Shown: positions 1-12,128, counted from the whole stretch's first letter. The stretch: DNA of 61,850 nt, filler included, from Dirinaria sp. TL-2023a (GCA_051941275.1; 5 parts of 5 records of this genome joined end to end with filler, not necessarily neighbours in it), one strand, 5' to 3'. Numbers and translations: made by a program. Notes: generated from the sequence alone by a model not told the origin.

Positions 1-192
1 GGGGGATGGAGGAGTTATGAGGGGGCGGAATTGCTCATATCTTTGTTTTGGTTCTAATATACAAACAGAGAATTTTCAAGTCCGTTGTCGTTTTCGTCGC
101 TTTTTGAGTGGCTTGATATTTTCCATTCGAACCGCATCAAAATCGAAAAAAAAAAAAAAAAAAAAAAACCAAAAAAGAGAGAAAAAGAGGAT

Positions 193-2476
193 TCACGCAT
201 TGCAGGCATCCAGCGCAGCGGCGACTTTCCAGCACAGCAGCTCCTGCACCTTGGTATCGCTCTCGTCCCGGCTCACCTTCAAGCACGTCGTGACCACCTC
301 CGCGTACAGCTTGCCCACCTGGCCCGGCAATTCCTGCCGGGCGATCTTCAGCAGGTGCTCGTGCGACACGTACGGGTCGTTGGTCAGGTTACGGGTGGCT
401 CGGAAGGAGGACAGGGGCTGCCAGAGGCCGATTTCGAGGAGGACGACGCCGAGGCTGTTGTACCGTCCGATTTTTGGTTTGTTGTTAGTTTATCTCTCTC
501 TCTCTCTCTCTTTTGTGGGCATACGGGGATCTATGCAAGATTTTTTCTTCTCACTTACGAATACAGATCGAATGCTTGAGTATATTCAAGTAACGAGTCT
601 ACCCGCTTCGCCGGGTGGTGATATTCGTCCAGGGTGATGTTCCAGTAAGTCTTGGACCTTGGCGGGCTTATTCCAGGATGCGGATCTTGCTTGGAAGGCT
701 CTTGCTGGCCTGGCCTGGAATGCCCGAATCCACAGAGGTAAGGTTTCGTCATGTATTGCGCATTGCTCGCCGATCTTGACCGGTGCGGGAAGAAAGTGAA
801 AGACGACGACCGGATGCTAAGGTTCAAGGTAAGCTATGTCGCGGTGGTTGTGGTTCTGCAAAAGCTACGCTAGAGCATAGAGATAGGACCCACTTCTTAT
901 GAACCCAGCCAGCTGCATGCAGTACATAAAGGCATTGCGCGACTGTACTGGCCAGCTTGAATCGATCGCCCAGTGGCCAAACGAGCGGCTTAGGTGATTG
1001 ACTGTCTTTGTTCACCTTTTCTAGGAGAGACATGGGTATGTGGTCTCCAATACTTCGATGGCCTTCCAGGTCTTCGACGCTTTCGGGATGTGCGTACACG
1101 AGTCCAAAGCGCTCCCGTCGGTCATCCCTGAAAATCCCGAGGAAAGGCAAAATCCGGAAAGCTGCTGGCCGGTCTTTCACGTTGAAGAAGTCGGAGAGCG
1201 CCATAATGTCATCCTCCGCCTTCTTGTCCTTGATTCGTTTCGTTTTAAAATCAAAATCGTCTGTCTCCGTGATCACCTCATAAGCGTAGGGTTTCCATTC
1301 CTAGAGGTGGATTCAGTTCGAGACCCTTTCATTTGATGATCGACTTACAATGTAGCGGGTCTTCTGGGCAGTCTTATCCTTGGCCAAGGCGATTTGTGTG
1401 CTTCCGGTTTCACTTGGACTCTCCTTGAAGTCGAAATTGTCTACATTTAAGTACTCTCCTGATAGGAGGAATGATTTTTCATTTAGCATTTCATCCTGTT
1501 GAAGCGCGGTGCGCCTCCTTTTCACCAGTTGCTGTGCGCTGGCTTTGAAAGCAGCAATATCCCGGATAAGCTCTGGACCTTGAGTGTGCTGACCCGCTTT
1601 ACGTCGTCTCTCTGCTTCTTCACCATAGATTCTGCTCACGGCTCTAAGCTTGTCGGGATCGCGATTGCTGGAGACATGATCTGGTAACGATCGTTCGAGT
1701 TGCTAGTATGTCATCATTAGTTTTGGCGGTAGCCCGATTGGAGCTAGAGGTTCCTACTATGGCTTGAAGTTCGGAACATATGTTACGCAGCGTTGCAATA
1801 AATTCTTTGAGGCGCTCGATGAAGGTGTCGAATTTGGCGGTTCCTTCCAATGAAAAGCGACATCTTCTGAGGATACTCATGTGTTGCCGACGGCTCTTTA
1901 CCTTGTTCTGAATTTGGTCTACGTGTTTTCGATCTGCCAGAATTTTCTCGGCGGAAAGGTGATGCAAGGCCTAAAATGGTTAGAAATAGAATGCACTTCT
2001 ACCGTCAAAGTCCCTACCGGATCTTTCTTTGTCAGACGTATTCCGTACTTGTTCTCAAGATCGTGGACGTCGGCAAACATATTCGAGATTACCGAGAGGG
2101 TTCTTAACATCTTATAACCCGTCTCATGATCTCTATCGACGAATCTCTGTAGTTTCGAATTCGTTCTTTTTTCGGGTATCACGGGAGGAATCTCCCAAAC
2201 ACGAGCCCATGCTAAATAAGATCAGTACAGTCTACCTGAAAGTGTCCAATGGACGTGCGGTCGTACCATCGAGATCCTAAACAACGAAATGAGCATTTGG
2301 CTAGACTTTGATCGGGTGATACTTACGTATTGCTGCACTTCGATTCTGATTAACTGCTCTTCTGCGTGATGATGCGCTTTCACAATGCTCCCAATAAAGG
2401 CGCATCCTTTGGCGCAGATAGGAAGCAAGCCAACGACGCCAGTAACAATCCCAAAAGCAGCCATACCCTCGGCCAT
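193..2476 (-). CDS. HeLo (HET-S-like N-terminal) domain + C-terminal pseudokinase; 8 exons
   Basis: N-terminus MAEGMAAFGIVTGVVGLLPICAKG...RIEVQQYDLDAWARVW and RCRFSLEGTAKFDTFIERLKEFIATL resemble HET-S HeLo helices. C-terminal kinase-like motifs LHAAGWVHKNIRSSS, PYLCGFGHSR, YHHP, DLYSLGVVLLEIGLW. GT-AG introns at 2277-2326, 2212-2266, 1971-2017, 1703-1757, 1301-1348, 817-893 and 455-558 give one open frame to TGA at 193-195. Confidence 0.8.
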
Positions 2477-3562
2477 TAAGCAGATGCTAAATAACTCGAA
2501 GGACTTTCAAGCAAGCGTCTAAGCGATGAAAGCAGAGCGGTGACGCGGTAGCTCAGTCTAGATTATCGGTTAGAACAAAAGAGCTTAGGACTTGAGCAAG
2601 GACTTTAGACACACGCTTTTTCCCTTGCTTTCGCATCACCTACTGAGTCTGGCAGCGTAGTATATATATATATATATGTATGTATATCTATTGCCCCTGA
2701 AAAGATGTATAAAGGCTTCGTAGTATGATCACCAAGTGCACCCTCGAGGCATGCTACGCCGAGCTCCAGATTCTCGAATCGCGAGGCGGAATGGCTTGAT
2801 TATGTACATGGATATCAAGTTTGTCAGCTACTTCATCATTCACAGCCTCGTCGAGCAGCCATTGCGGCTCAGCCTCAGGCGAACGGGCTAGACTGCTAAT
2901 GGAACGGCATGCATCTCGGAGGTAAGGCTTTCTGCGAGGTAAGGTCAAGAGACCTGTTGTATCCGTCCAATGCGACCATGATGCAGAACGCCAAAACCGA
3001 GTAGCATAAGGTAAGGTATTGCTCAGGCTCGTAGTCTTGAATGCTTTCTGGTGATGCCGTACTACACAGCACAGCGAATGACTGGTCCGCGAAGCGAGGC
3101 CAATTATGTAATGTCAGTAGCTCTCATTTTCCAGCTAGGGCCTAAGTAGGACTAGCGACCCTACTGCATCCTGAGGTACGTTTGATGGTGACTTCAGTTG
3201 GAAGGTACTCGTGCCTTACTTTAGTAAGGGAAGGTCCTTGGTCGACTCCAGGCATTACCTTATTACCTTCCGGGAATACATGTGGTACCTGCCTCATGAA
3301 GCACCGCATTGTGATCCTTCGCCTACACAGCTTCCCCGAGCAGGATACTTTCAAGCGGGCCTCTTAGTGCGCGGTCACTATGTACTTGCACCTCTATCTC
3401 TGTGCTCCATTGCCTCAACCTCTTCTATTCCCGAAGCTGGCTCTCAATTGCCTGCTGTGTAGCGAAAGTTTCTTCTCCGCCTTCTCCCGAGTGTCTGATT
3501 GACCCCAACATTGCTCTTATACAAGCTCCGACCTTCTCTTCTCCTTGCCGCGTCAAAGAACC

Positions 3563-5316
3563 ATGTTCCTCTCTTTCCTTTTCACTCCCTACAGCATCCT
3601 GCTGTTGCCATGCATCTTCTATATCCTACCCTACCTTCGTGCCCATACCATTCTTGATGTTCCAGGACCACTTCCTGCCGCCTTCTCAAATCTCTGGCTC
3701 CTGTACCAATGCCGACGTGGTAGACGCTTTAAGGCAGTCGACAATGCTCACAGGAAATATGGCAAATTGGTCCGCATCCAACCCAACCATGTCTCGGTTG
3801 CAGATCATGAAGCAATTCCGGTCATCTACAGCCACGGTGCCTGGCTGAAAAGGTGCGTTGTGCCTGCTTGACGTGTAGAACAAGCGAGATCGAAGCTGAC
3901 AAACCTCGTGCAGTGATTACTACGATGCCTTCGTCTCCATCCGCCGCGGTCTGTTCAATACACGCGATCGAGCCGAGCACACTAGGAAACGTAAAACAGT
4001 GTCGCATACCTTTAGCGCAAAATCGATATCGCAATTCGAGCAGTACATGGCATACAACCTGCAAGAGCTGGTCAAGCAATGGGATCGCATTTCCATGACT
4101 GCAGTGAAAGCTGGGCAGCAGTATGCGGAAATTGACTCGCTCCATTGGTTTAATTATTTGGCCTTTGATATCATTGGAGATCTGGTGCTTTGCCCCAACT
4201 ACTATACTGTAACGAGGAAGAGTACTTGAATTGACGAGCTGATCCAGGCGTTTGGTAAACCGTTCGGCATGGTCCCAGCGGGTCGCGACATTGCCGAGGT
4301 CAGGAAAACACCTTCATCCCCTTCCTCATATGCTCCCGCAGTTCAAGTACTCAATCGCCGCGGCGAGGTCTCTGCTACACTTGGCTGCTATCCGGCCCTG
4401 AAACCTTATGCAAAACAGCTTCCCGACGCTTTCTTCAGCAACGGACTTCAGGCCGTCGAAAGCCTTGCTGGTATTGCGGTCGCCAGGGTGAACGAGCGAC
4501 TGGAGGCGCAGGCTGAGAAAGCGAAGTCCGGAGAGAATACGGGGAATGGGAGGGTGGACCTGTTGGCACGTTTGATGGAGGGCAAAGATGAGCGAGGGGA
4601 AAAGTTGGGTCGAGAGGAACTGACAGCAGAAGCGCAGACCCAGCTGATCGCGGGGAGTGACACAACCAGTAACACGAGCTGCGCGTTGTTCTACTGGGTG
4701 ACGCACACTCCAGATGTCATGAAGAAACTGCAACGAGAGCTCGACGAGGCGATCCCTGAGGGCGTTGAAGTGCCCGCATTCGAGCAAGTCAAGGACTTAC
4801 CCTAGTATGTTTTTCCTCTTTCAAATTGACTCTCTTCCTCCGCTTCCTAAAGCTTCATTTGTCTTGATAACATCATGTCCTAGCCTCCATAACGTCATCA
4901 ACGAAACCCTCCGCATCCACTCCACCTCCTCACTCGGTCTCCCACGTGTCGTGCCTCCAGGCGGTGTCACGGTCTGCAACCACTACTTTCCTCGCTCGAC
5001 CGTGCTCTCCGTACCCGCCTACACCATCCATCACAGCCCCTCTATCTGGGGGCAGGACGCCGATTCCTTCCGCCCGGATCGCTGGGATCCGGATAATCTC
5101 ACCGAGACCCAGAAAGCGAGCTTCATCCCCTTCAGCTCCGGGCCGAGGGCCTGTGTCGGGCGCAATGTGGCGGAGATGGAATTGGCGCTGATTGTGAGCA
5201 CGATCGCGCGGCGATATCATCTCGAACTCAAGCAAGAGAAGTGGGAGACGAGGGAGGGGTTTTTGAGGAAACCGCTGGCGTGTAGGATGGGGATGAGAAG
5301 GAGGCCGAGGGGGTGA
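3563..5316 (+). CDS. bphA: Cytochrome P450, benzoate 4-monooxygenase (CYP53 family)
   Basis: CYP53-typical segments (VRIQPNHVSVAD, YDAFVSIRRGLFNTRDRAEHTRKRK, NRRGEVSATLG, QLIAGSDTTSNT), ETLR, heme motif FSSGPRACVG. Introns near 3853-3913, 4185-4247 and 4805-4883. Confidence 0.9.
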
Positions 5317-6038
5317 AGAGGGATTTTCAGATCCTGGAAGGTCAATATCGAACCCTCCCCTGCAACTCTTACATGGGGTCCTGCGTGACATGCCTCCATG
5401 CATACCCCCACCCAGCAGGGAAGATCATCAAAAGCAACTAAAGTATTTTTGGCCGACCAATCCACCAACTGATAGGCTGTTTATCTTAGCGGGCTTCAAA
5501 TGATTATTTGCTTGTTTCTGTGGAGTGCACACCCTCAAGGATGATGACAGTTGAAAAGAACTCGTCATTATTTGCACAATTTCGCAGTATGAAGATAATT
5601 GATAGTGGCCGATTTGCTGGTGGAAGTCCTCTAAATTTGTCCTCATCTTCGATTCCCTTGAGAATTCGAAGTTTTTCGTCTATCAGGTACGTCCCGTATC
5701 AATTGAGCCCTAGAAAAGCCCTAAACAAAAGACTTTATGCCCCTGAGTCACCTTATGTCATCCACAGACGCACAAATGGAGGTGTAGACGGGCGATCCTT
5801 CACGCGATGCCAGAACGCCACATCACTAGATCTTCGTGTCGATCCTTTTCTAAGGAGATCTTACCCAGGAAATTCAAGCGTCATGCTGTTCAAGATTTAT
5901 CGGCTGATCCAAATGCAGCCAGTCCCCTGTTCCGTCACGTTATTCTATCTCCTGTCGAAGAAAACTCTCGCCGGCGCCGTGTGATCAGTGTACTCTGTAT
6001 AGATTCTCGACAGATGTTGTGTACAGCAATCTTTGCTC

Positions 6039-8099
6039 ATGGCTTCCAACGACGCGTCCAAAGCATCCGCTGCGATCCAATACGCCAAACACTCTGAAAA
6101 ACTGTCTCTCCTACCGCATGATGCACAGACCGAAGACGCTGACAGCACCAGCGCCCTGCAAGCAAAGTTTATCACCCCTCAAGACCCTGTGATTGAGACG
6201 TCCAACGGGGGCCGGCTACCCGCTATACCATTGGCAGAAGCTGTCAAGCTCAATGAACTCAAGGAGCAGGTGGAAGGTCCTGGCGCTACAGAAGAAACAC
6301 TTGTCCGACTTGATCCCAAAGATGGGGAGGAGGTCGTCAGTATTGACGGTCAGAGGTCGCAACCATCAGAGCGTGCAGAGGCACCTCTACGTACCGCCGT
6401 ACCCTCTTCCAGGACCAACCCACTGTTTCCAGAATTGCCCCTGTACGGGCCTCCTACACTGATGCGCGATATTCAATGCATTGCCTTCCGAATTTCCTCG
6501 TCGATACTCTCTCTCGCATTTCTAGCAGTCATTGTCCTTGGCTCGGCTTTTACAAGTATCCCACTGATGTTCAAACATATCGCCATTCGCTTGACCTTCA
6601 AAGACCCTGATGCCAGGCGTCCGTTCTATGAAGAAGAAAAGAAACGCCAGAGACTGAGGAAGGAGCAGAACGACGAGTGGGGGCGGCGCAAACGGCGTGG
6701 AAGGGCTCCATACAATGTAGAAGCGCATGGCCAAGCTCAACATTATGAGCCAATGGAAGGAGGAAAAGATCCGTTGGTATGCGATGTTGGATACTATGCG
6801 CGGAGGGTAGGTTTGGACACGGAAGAGTTCAAGGTGCAGACGGAAGACGGGTTTATCATCAAGCTGTTGCATCTCTATGATCCAGCAGCTTACACACCCA
6901 CGCCCAATCAGGAACGCGATTGCAAGTCACCTAAAGTGTTTACTAATCATGATGCAGAGAGCGGTTCCTCTTCGTCAACCAAAGGCAGGTTCCGAGGCGG
7001 GCAACGACGCTACCCAGTTCTCCTGATGCCAGGTTTGTTGCAGAGCGCAGGCGCATACTGCTCGAACGATGACGAAAGTCTGGCATTTTTCCTGTGCAAG
7101 AGCGGGTACGATGTTTGGCTGGGCAACAACCGCTGTGGTTTCACTCCTGAGCACCAACTGCTCACGTACGGCGACCCGAGGATGTGGGCGTGGAACATCC
7201 GACAAATGGGCGTGATGGATCTCCCAGCGCACATCTCGCGCGTGCTGCTCGAAACCGGGTTCTCGAAGCTTGGGCTCATCTGCCATAGTCAAGGAACAAC
7301 TCAGACCTTCGTCGCTCTTGCAAAGGAGCAGCGGCCTGATCTCGGCAACAAGGTCAGCGTTTTCTGTGCCCTTGCACCCGCTGTGTACGCAGGCAGCTTG
7401 ATCGGCAAGATGTACTTCAAATTCATGCGAATCATAAGTCCTGGTATGTTCCGGATGATGTTCGGTATCCATGCTTTTATACCATTCATGATGACCATGC
7501 ACTCTTACCTCCCTGGGAAACTCTACGGCGCACTGGGCTACCGTGTCTTCTCATTCCTTTTTGATTGGACCGACGATCGCTGGGACCAGGGCCTTCGGGA
7601 CCGCATGTTTCAATTTTCACCCATCTACGTGAGCAGCGAGTGTATGCGCTGGTGGCTGGGCAGGGAGTGTTTCGCTAAGCAGCGATGCATTCTGGCGACT
7701 AGGATTGAAAACGAGCATGAGGATCTAGAGGACGAGGAGGAGGACAGCCATACGTGCAACGGCATCCATCCGGCGGGAGTTAATGGAGAGCCCGAAACAA
7801 GAGGCAGCAAGGCATGGTACGACGAGCAAGTGCCGCCATTTGCCATCTGGGTTGCTGGATCGGATAAGCTCGTGGATGGAAGGAGGCTGCTGCGACGGTT
7901 CGAACGAGGAAGGGAACCCCATGTGAAGGTTGTACATTCGAAGATCATTGAGGAATACGAGCATCTCGATGTCATCTGGGCGATCGATTCTATAGAGCAG
8001 ATCGGAAAAGAGGCGCGGGAAGTTCTGTGGAGAACGGCGCCGAGGGAGGCGAAGGACGTCTGTCGCATACCAAAAGGGTGTGAGAACATTCAAGCCTGA
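6039..8099 (+). CDS. Alpha/beta-hydrolase lipase / sterol esterase (Tgl1/Yeh-like)
   Basis: Single long ORF with a hydrophobic segment, VQTEDGFII, PVLLMPGLLQS, GYDVWLGNNR, nucleophile elbow CHSQG and C-terminal YEHLDVIW. Confidence 0.85.
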   Translation: MASNDASKASAAIQYAKHSEKLSLLPHDAQTEDADSTSALQAKFITPQDPVIETSNGGRLPAIPLAEAVKLNELKEQVEGPGATEETLVRLDPKDGEEVVSIDGQRSQPSERAEAPLRTAVPSSRTNPLFPELPLYGPPTLMRDIQCIAFRISSSILSLAFLAVIVLGSAFTSIPLMFKHIAIRLTFKDPDARRPFYEEEKKRQRLRKEQNDEWGRRKRRGRAPYNVEAHGQAQHYEPMEGGKDPLVCDVGYYARRVGLDTEEFKVQTEDGFIIKLLHLYDPAAYTPTPNQERDCKSPKVFTNHDAESGSSSSTKGRFRGGQRRYPVLLMPGLLQSAGAYCSNDDESLAFFLCKSGYDVWLGNNRCGFTPEHQLLTYGDPRMWAWNIRQMGVMDLPAHISRVLLETGFSKLGLICHSQGTTQTFVALAKEQRPDLGNKVSVFCALAPAVYAGSLIGKMYFKFMRIISPGMFRMMFGIHAFIPFMMTMHSYLPGKLYGALGYRVFSFLFDWTDDRWDQGLRDRMFQFSPIYVSSECMRWWLGRECFAKQRCILATRIENEHEDLEDEEEDSHTCNGIHPAGVNGEPETRGSKAWYDEQVPPFAIWVAGSDKLVDGRRLLRRFERGREPHVKVVHSKIIEEYEHLDVIWAIDSIEQIGKEAREVLWRTAPREAKDVCRIPKGCENIQA

Positions 8100-8601
8100 G
8101 GTATCGGCCCCGCTTGAGGTTTGGATTTGGGTATTGATGTTGGATAACCAGTACATATGGGAGCATTTTCAATCACCTTAGGATCGACAGCGTGGCGCAA
8201 GTTTAGGTTTGGTTTTTGCATAGCACAATAATGTATGAAAGGAGGCTGCATTATGTACCTACATGTATGTGAACGTTGGACGGACTCAAGAGTAATAATG
8301 GCTGCACATTACATGCTGTTAGGGCAGAAGGAATTGCACGACGCATCAACTACTGGATTCGACATACCAGTTCTCTTGTGACTAGTAAAATATGGTGCTT
8401 ATGGTCGGATTTCTGTAACCCGACATCTATCTAGTTCGGAGTAAAGTACCGAATATACACATATCCCACCCCTTCAAAAACGAGTGCTTCGCCGAACTGT
8501 TTTTCTACCTACAATCTTCAAAGGTGATGAGAATGAGAGCGCACACACAGTAAGTAGTAGTAAGGTAATTAGCAAAAAAAGGGCAAAAGAAATTCAATCG
8601 T

Positions 8602-8700
8602 CTCCCCCGGGTGGGCTCGAACCACCAACCTCCTGATTACTCTGTTTGCTTCCGGAGAATGCTAACAGTCAGACGCGCTAGCCAATTGCGCCACGGAGGA
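8602..8700 (-). tRNA. tRNA-Asn(GTT) with 25-nt intron (8638-8662)
   Basis: Reverse complement TCCTCCG TGGCGCAATTGGCTAGCGCG TCTGA CT GTT A [intron] A TCAGG AGGTT GGTGG TTCGAGC CCACC CGGGGGAG. Acceptor, D, anticodon and T arms pair, and oligo-T Pol III terminator runs follow downstream. Confidence 0.93.
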
Positions 8701-9440
8701 TTACTGACTCAAATTGCACAATTAAGTAATATATTTTAACTACGCTCAACAAATCTGTTTGAAAAAGTTCCGTGTGATAAACGAGCCCATTTCGAGGCGT
8801 TTGCATGACGTTGATGGCTATCTAAAGCTTAACAATGGATTATGAACTCGCCAGGCATAAGTGCAATACAGTACTATCCGTGATCGAAATTTCAATTCCT
8901 GCCTACGAATCTTATCACATCAGACGAATATTGTGTCGAAGGAAGTATTCGTAATGATGGACTACACAATTACGATAGGTCTAGCGAAATCTTCTTTGAG
9001 CTTGTCACACTACTCTGAGAGCATGACAGTCCATCGACTGCTACTTAGGTACTCTCTAAGCCACTCTCCTGAGTGTGTTTCAACTTAGGGGTACCTGGTT
9101 TAATCTCCGACGCTAAAACGATGCCGGCCCAAGCTTCAAGATGGCCGGCCCTGGGATGATTTAGTAATTCTTCAGCTCCCTAAGCCGACGAAACTCTAAG
9201 CCCATGAGAGCTGGCGATTGGTCCCTCTCAGCAAGGGGGAATCCCTGGGCCTCTACAGCTCAGCCTCATCCGGCAACTATGATCAAGCATCATACTCGAG
9301 TAAGTCGAACACGCTATCGGTGCCGCTTCTCCGAGGCGAGCCCATAAAGCCTAAAATGCAATTGAATCCTTCTGCTCGCCTGCTTAAAAGGTTGGTTTCT
9401 CTCCTTCTCTGGCCATGTTTTGACGAAGAATCGCTCCGGG

Positions 9441-12128
9441 ATGAAGTTGGATCGTAGAAAATGGCTTTTGCAGCTCCTTGTGGCTCGATCAGGTATATAC
9501 TTGGTTCTTCGTTCTTGCGCGTTCATGATCTTTGTATGCCTAACAAGAATAGCGAATGTTACTTTTCACGCCCTAGCAAGAGCAGCGAGCGTGTTTTTGA
9601 ATATAATATGTGGCTCGTTTTACTCATACTAGAATGAGGAAAAATCAGTTTCCCGCGTTGTGAACTTTCAATTGCTCTTTTCGATGCAAGGCTGCAGAGA
9701 ATTTGCTAACTGATTCATTAGGTTATGCCATTCCAAGTAGCACAATAACGTATTCGAACATTACAGCAACGCCTACACATAGCTTTCCGTTCTCCGAGAT
9801 TACGGGTTACAGTTATCTATACAGCGGCATCTCTGATGCAAGCTTGCGACATTTCTGCGAGTCTGCCTATTTACAAGCTTCTCTCGACTTGCCGCTGGTA
9901 ACTTCGACATTTTCGATAAGTGAAGATGATTCAGCGATCATCGGGACCGTAACAAATGTGAAGCCTGGAAGCACTATCAAAGCTCAACCTCCTTGCTGTG
10001 GACAATGCTCTATCTCGGGTTACCCGGCGGAACTACGTTACTTTCCTAGTGCCAGCTCGAACTCGTCAGCTGTCGCAAGTACCGCAGTTTCAGATGGATT
10101 CACATAGTGAGTGATGGTGCCAGAATGAGCGAACTTCTCTAAGAGATATCAGTACTTCTCCGTCAGTCTACCTCGTGCTGTCATCTGTGGAAGCAACCGA
10201 TCTGTGCGGCGCTGTTGGAAGCGAAGCAACGCAGAAAGTAACCCTTTCCTTCCCACCGAATTACCTATATACGTACAATGGCATGGTTGGAGCCCTAGGC
10301 GCCACCAACGGAGGTCCATCGGCGCTTTTCAAACCCACAGATCTAGACAATTGCACAACGACTCACACCAGCGTTGACGTTGGTCCACATTTTGCGGACA
10401 ACTGTAGCCCCTTCATTGTTGCCCCGTCCCAATTGCTCGACGTCGATCCAGCATGGAGCACATGCACGGTGAGTTCGATTGCAATGCAATGGAGGAAGCG
10501 GAGGCTTCCCTCGTGATATTCGCTGACACGACCATCAGCGAGTCGCACTTGGTTTTCACGATCCGCCTAGAACCCTCACACCCGTTGCTGCTATAGCCCC
10601 AGCAAGTGACACACCACAGCCTGCCTCAGCAATCCCGGCTGTCACTCCAGATCCTACTCCGCCTTCGACCAAAATACATGGAATCCCGGGATTACTCCCG
10701 GACTTCGACCCGCAAGCCTCTACCAAACCAGACGATCCAGTCGCACCCAAGTCTTCCTTGGCTGCTGCTACATCTGAAGCTGACCCGCCGCCTTCAGCGA
10801 CAATCGATCCTGACTCTTCGGCGTCGAGGGTTAAACCTCAACCAGCCCCGTCGGCTGAAAAGTCCGCCGGAATATCCGATGCTGGTGGTTCACATGTAGA
10901 CCCGCAGCCCGCAATCCACCGTTCTAGCTCGCGATCAACGGTTGGGTCTTCATTTAGCCATGATAGCAAACCTCAGGCTCCTGAAAAAACTGTCGCATCG
11001 GCTCTTCAGCCTCAAGATGCCCCTGATCTTACGGTTTTGGGGCAGACATTCAGAGCCAAAGCCGGATCTATCTACGAGGCACCATCGGCAACTCTCACAC
11101 CTGGGGCTCCAGCTATCACTATTTCCAGCACCCCTGTTTCGCTTGCCTCAGCAGCCGACTATATCGTAATCGGTTCAAGCACGCAATTCATCCCTGCCAG
11201 TTTGACGGCAGCTCCGGCCATTCTACCGCTTGGAAAAACCCCTATCACCGCCAACGCTGCCTCAAAATTCATTATTGGATCTCAAACTCTGACCCGAGGT
11301 GGCACAATCACCGTCTCAGGGACTGCTGTAATCCTACCTCCATCAGGTTCTCACGCAATAATCGGCTCATCAACCGTCGCACTCGGCAGAGCCTCATCAT
11401 CGCCTAAGCAAATCCTAACGTTCGGCGATCAGGCATACACTGCTGATCCCACAGATGCACGGGACTTCATAATCCAAGATCAGACACTAACACCTGGTGG
11501 CGCCATCACCATTTCCGGCACACGAATCTCGCTCCCAACCAGCGGCTCCTACGCGATCATCGGCTCCTCCACCGTCGCACTCGGCACAGTACCTAAATCC
11601 CTCATCTCTTCTCCTGCAAAGATTTTAACTTTAGGCGATCAGAAATATACCGCTGATCCAGCGAACCCACAAGATTTCATAATCCAAGGCCAGACACTAA
11701 CACCCGGCGGCGCCATCACCGTCTCGGGCACACAAATCTCGCTCCCAACCAGCGGCTCCTACGTCGTTATCGGCTCCTCTACACTTTCCCTGGCCACTGC
11801 ATCTCCATCGGCAATAGAAAGACTGACTCTCGGAAGCTCCACCTACACAGCTGATCCCTCAGGGGATTTCGTTCTCGGCAGCCAAACGCTGTCTCCTGGG
11901 GGCGAGGTCACGGTGAGCGGTACCAGAGTCTCTCTCGCGCCGGGGGATACAGAGGTTGTGGTGGGGACGAAAACGGAAGGGCTGGGAGGCCAGATCATGG
12001 CTCCTTTCACGGGGACGATCACGCCGTTCGAAGGCGGCGCGGGGGGTATACGGCGGAATCTGGACTGGCGGAGGGCGGTGGTGGTCATAGGGTTTGTTGG
12101 TATAGCCATAGCGTTTGGGATGATGTAG
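9441..12128 (+). CDS. Ser/Thr-rich surface protein, probably GPI-anchored, with Cys-rich N-terminal domain and internal ~60-70 aa repeats (start and first exon uncertain)
   Basis: Exons from 9722 (GYAIPSS...PPCCGQCSIS), ~10153 (SPSVYLVLSSVEATDLCG...DVDPAWSTC) and ~10540 (HDPPRTLTP, continuing into ORF 10758-12128). Repeats FII.SQTLTPGGAIT.SGT.ISLP.SGS. Small-residue omega-like site (EGGAGG) followed by a hydrophobic C-terminal tail. Confidence 0.7.

Noticed and set aside
17..637. Plus-strand ORFs 17-637 and 85-579 with poly-Lys
   Set aside because: Antisense shadows of the GC-rich last exon of the HeLo-pseudokinase; the poly-Lys comes from a poly-A tract.
7280..7294. Lipase nucleophile motif CHSQG instead of GxSxG
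   Set aside because: Substitution of the first Gly is common in this fungal lipase family and the catalytic Ser is retained.
3563..8099. CYP53 + lipase + HeLo gene as a functional cluster
   Set aside because: CYP53 and the sterol-esterase-type lipase are widespread stand-alone genes, and nothing in the sequence links them to the HeLo protein.
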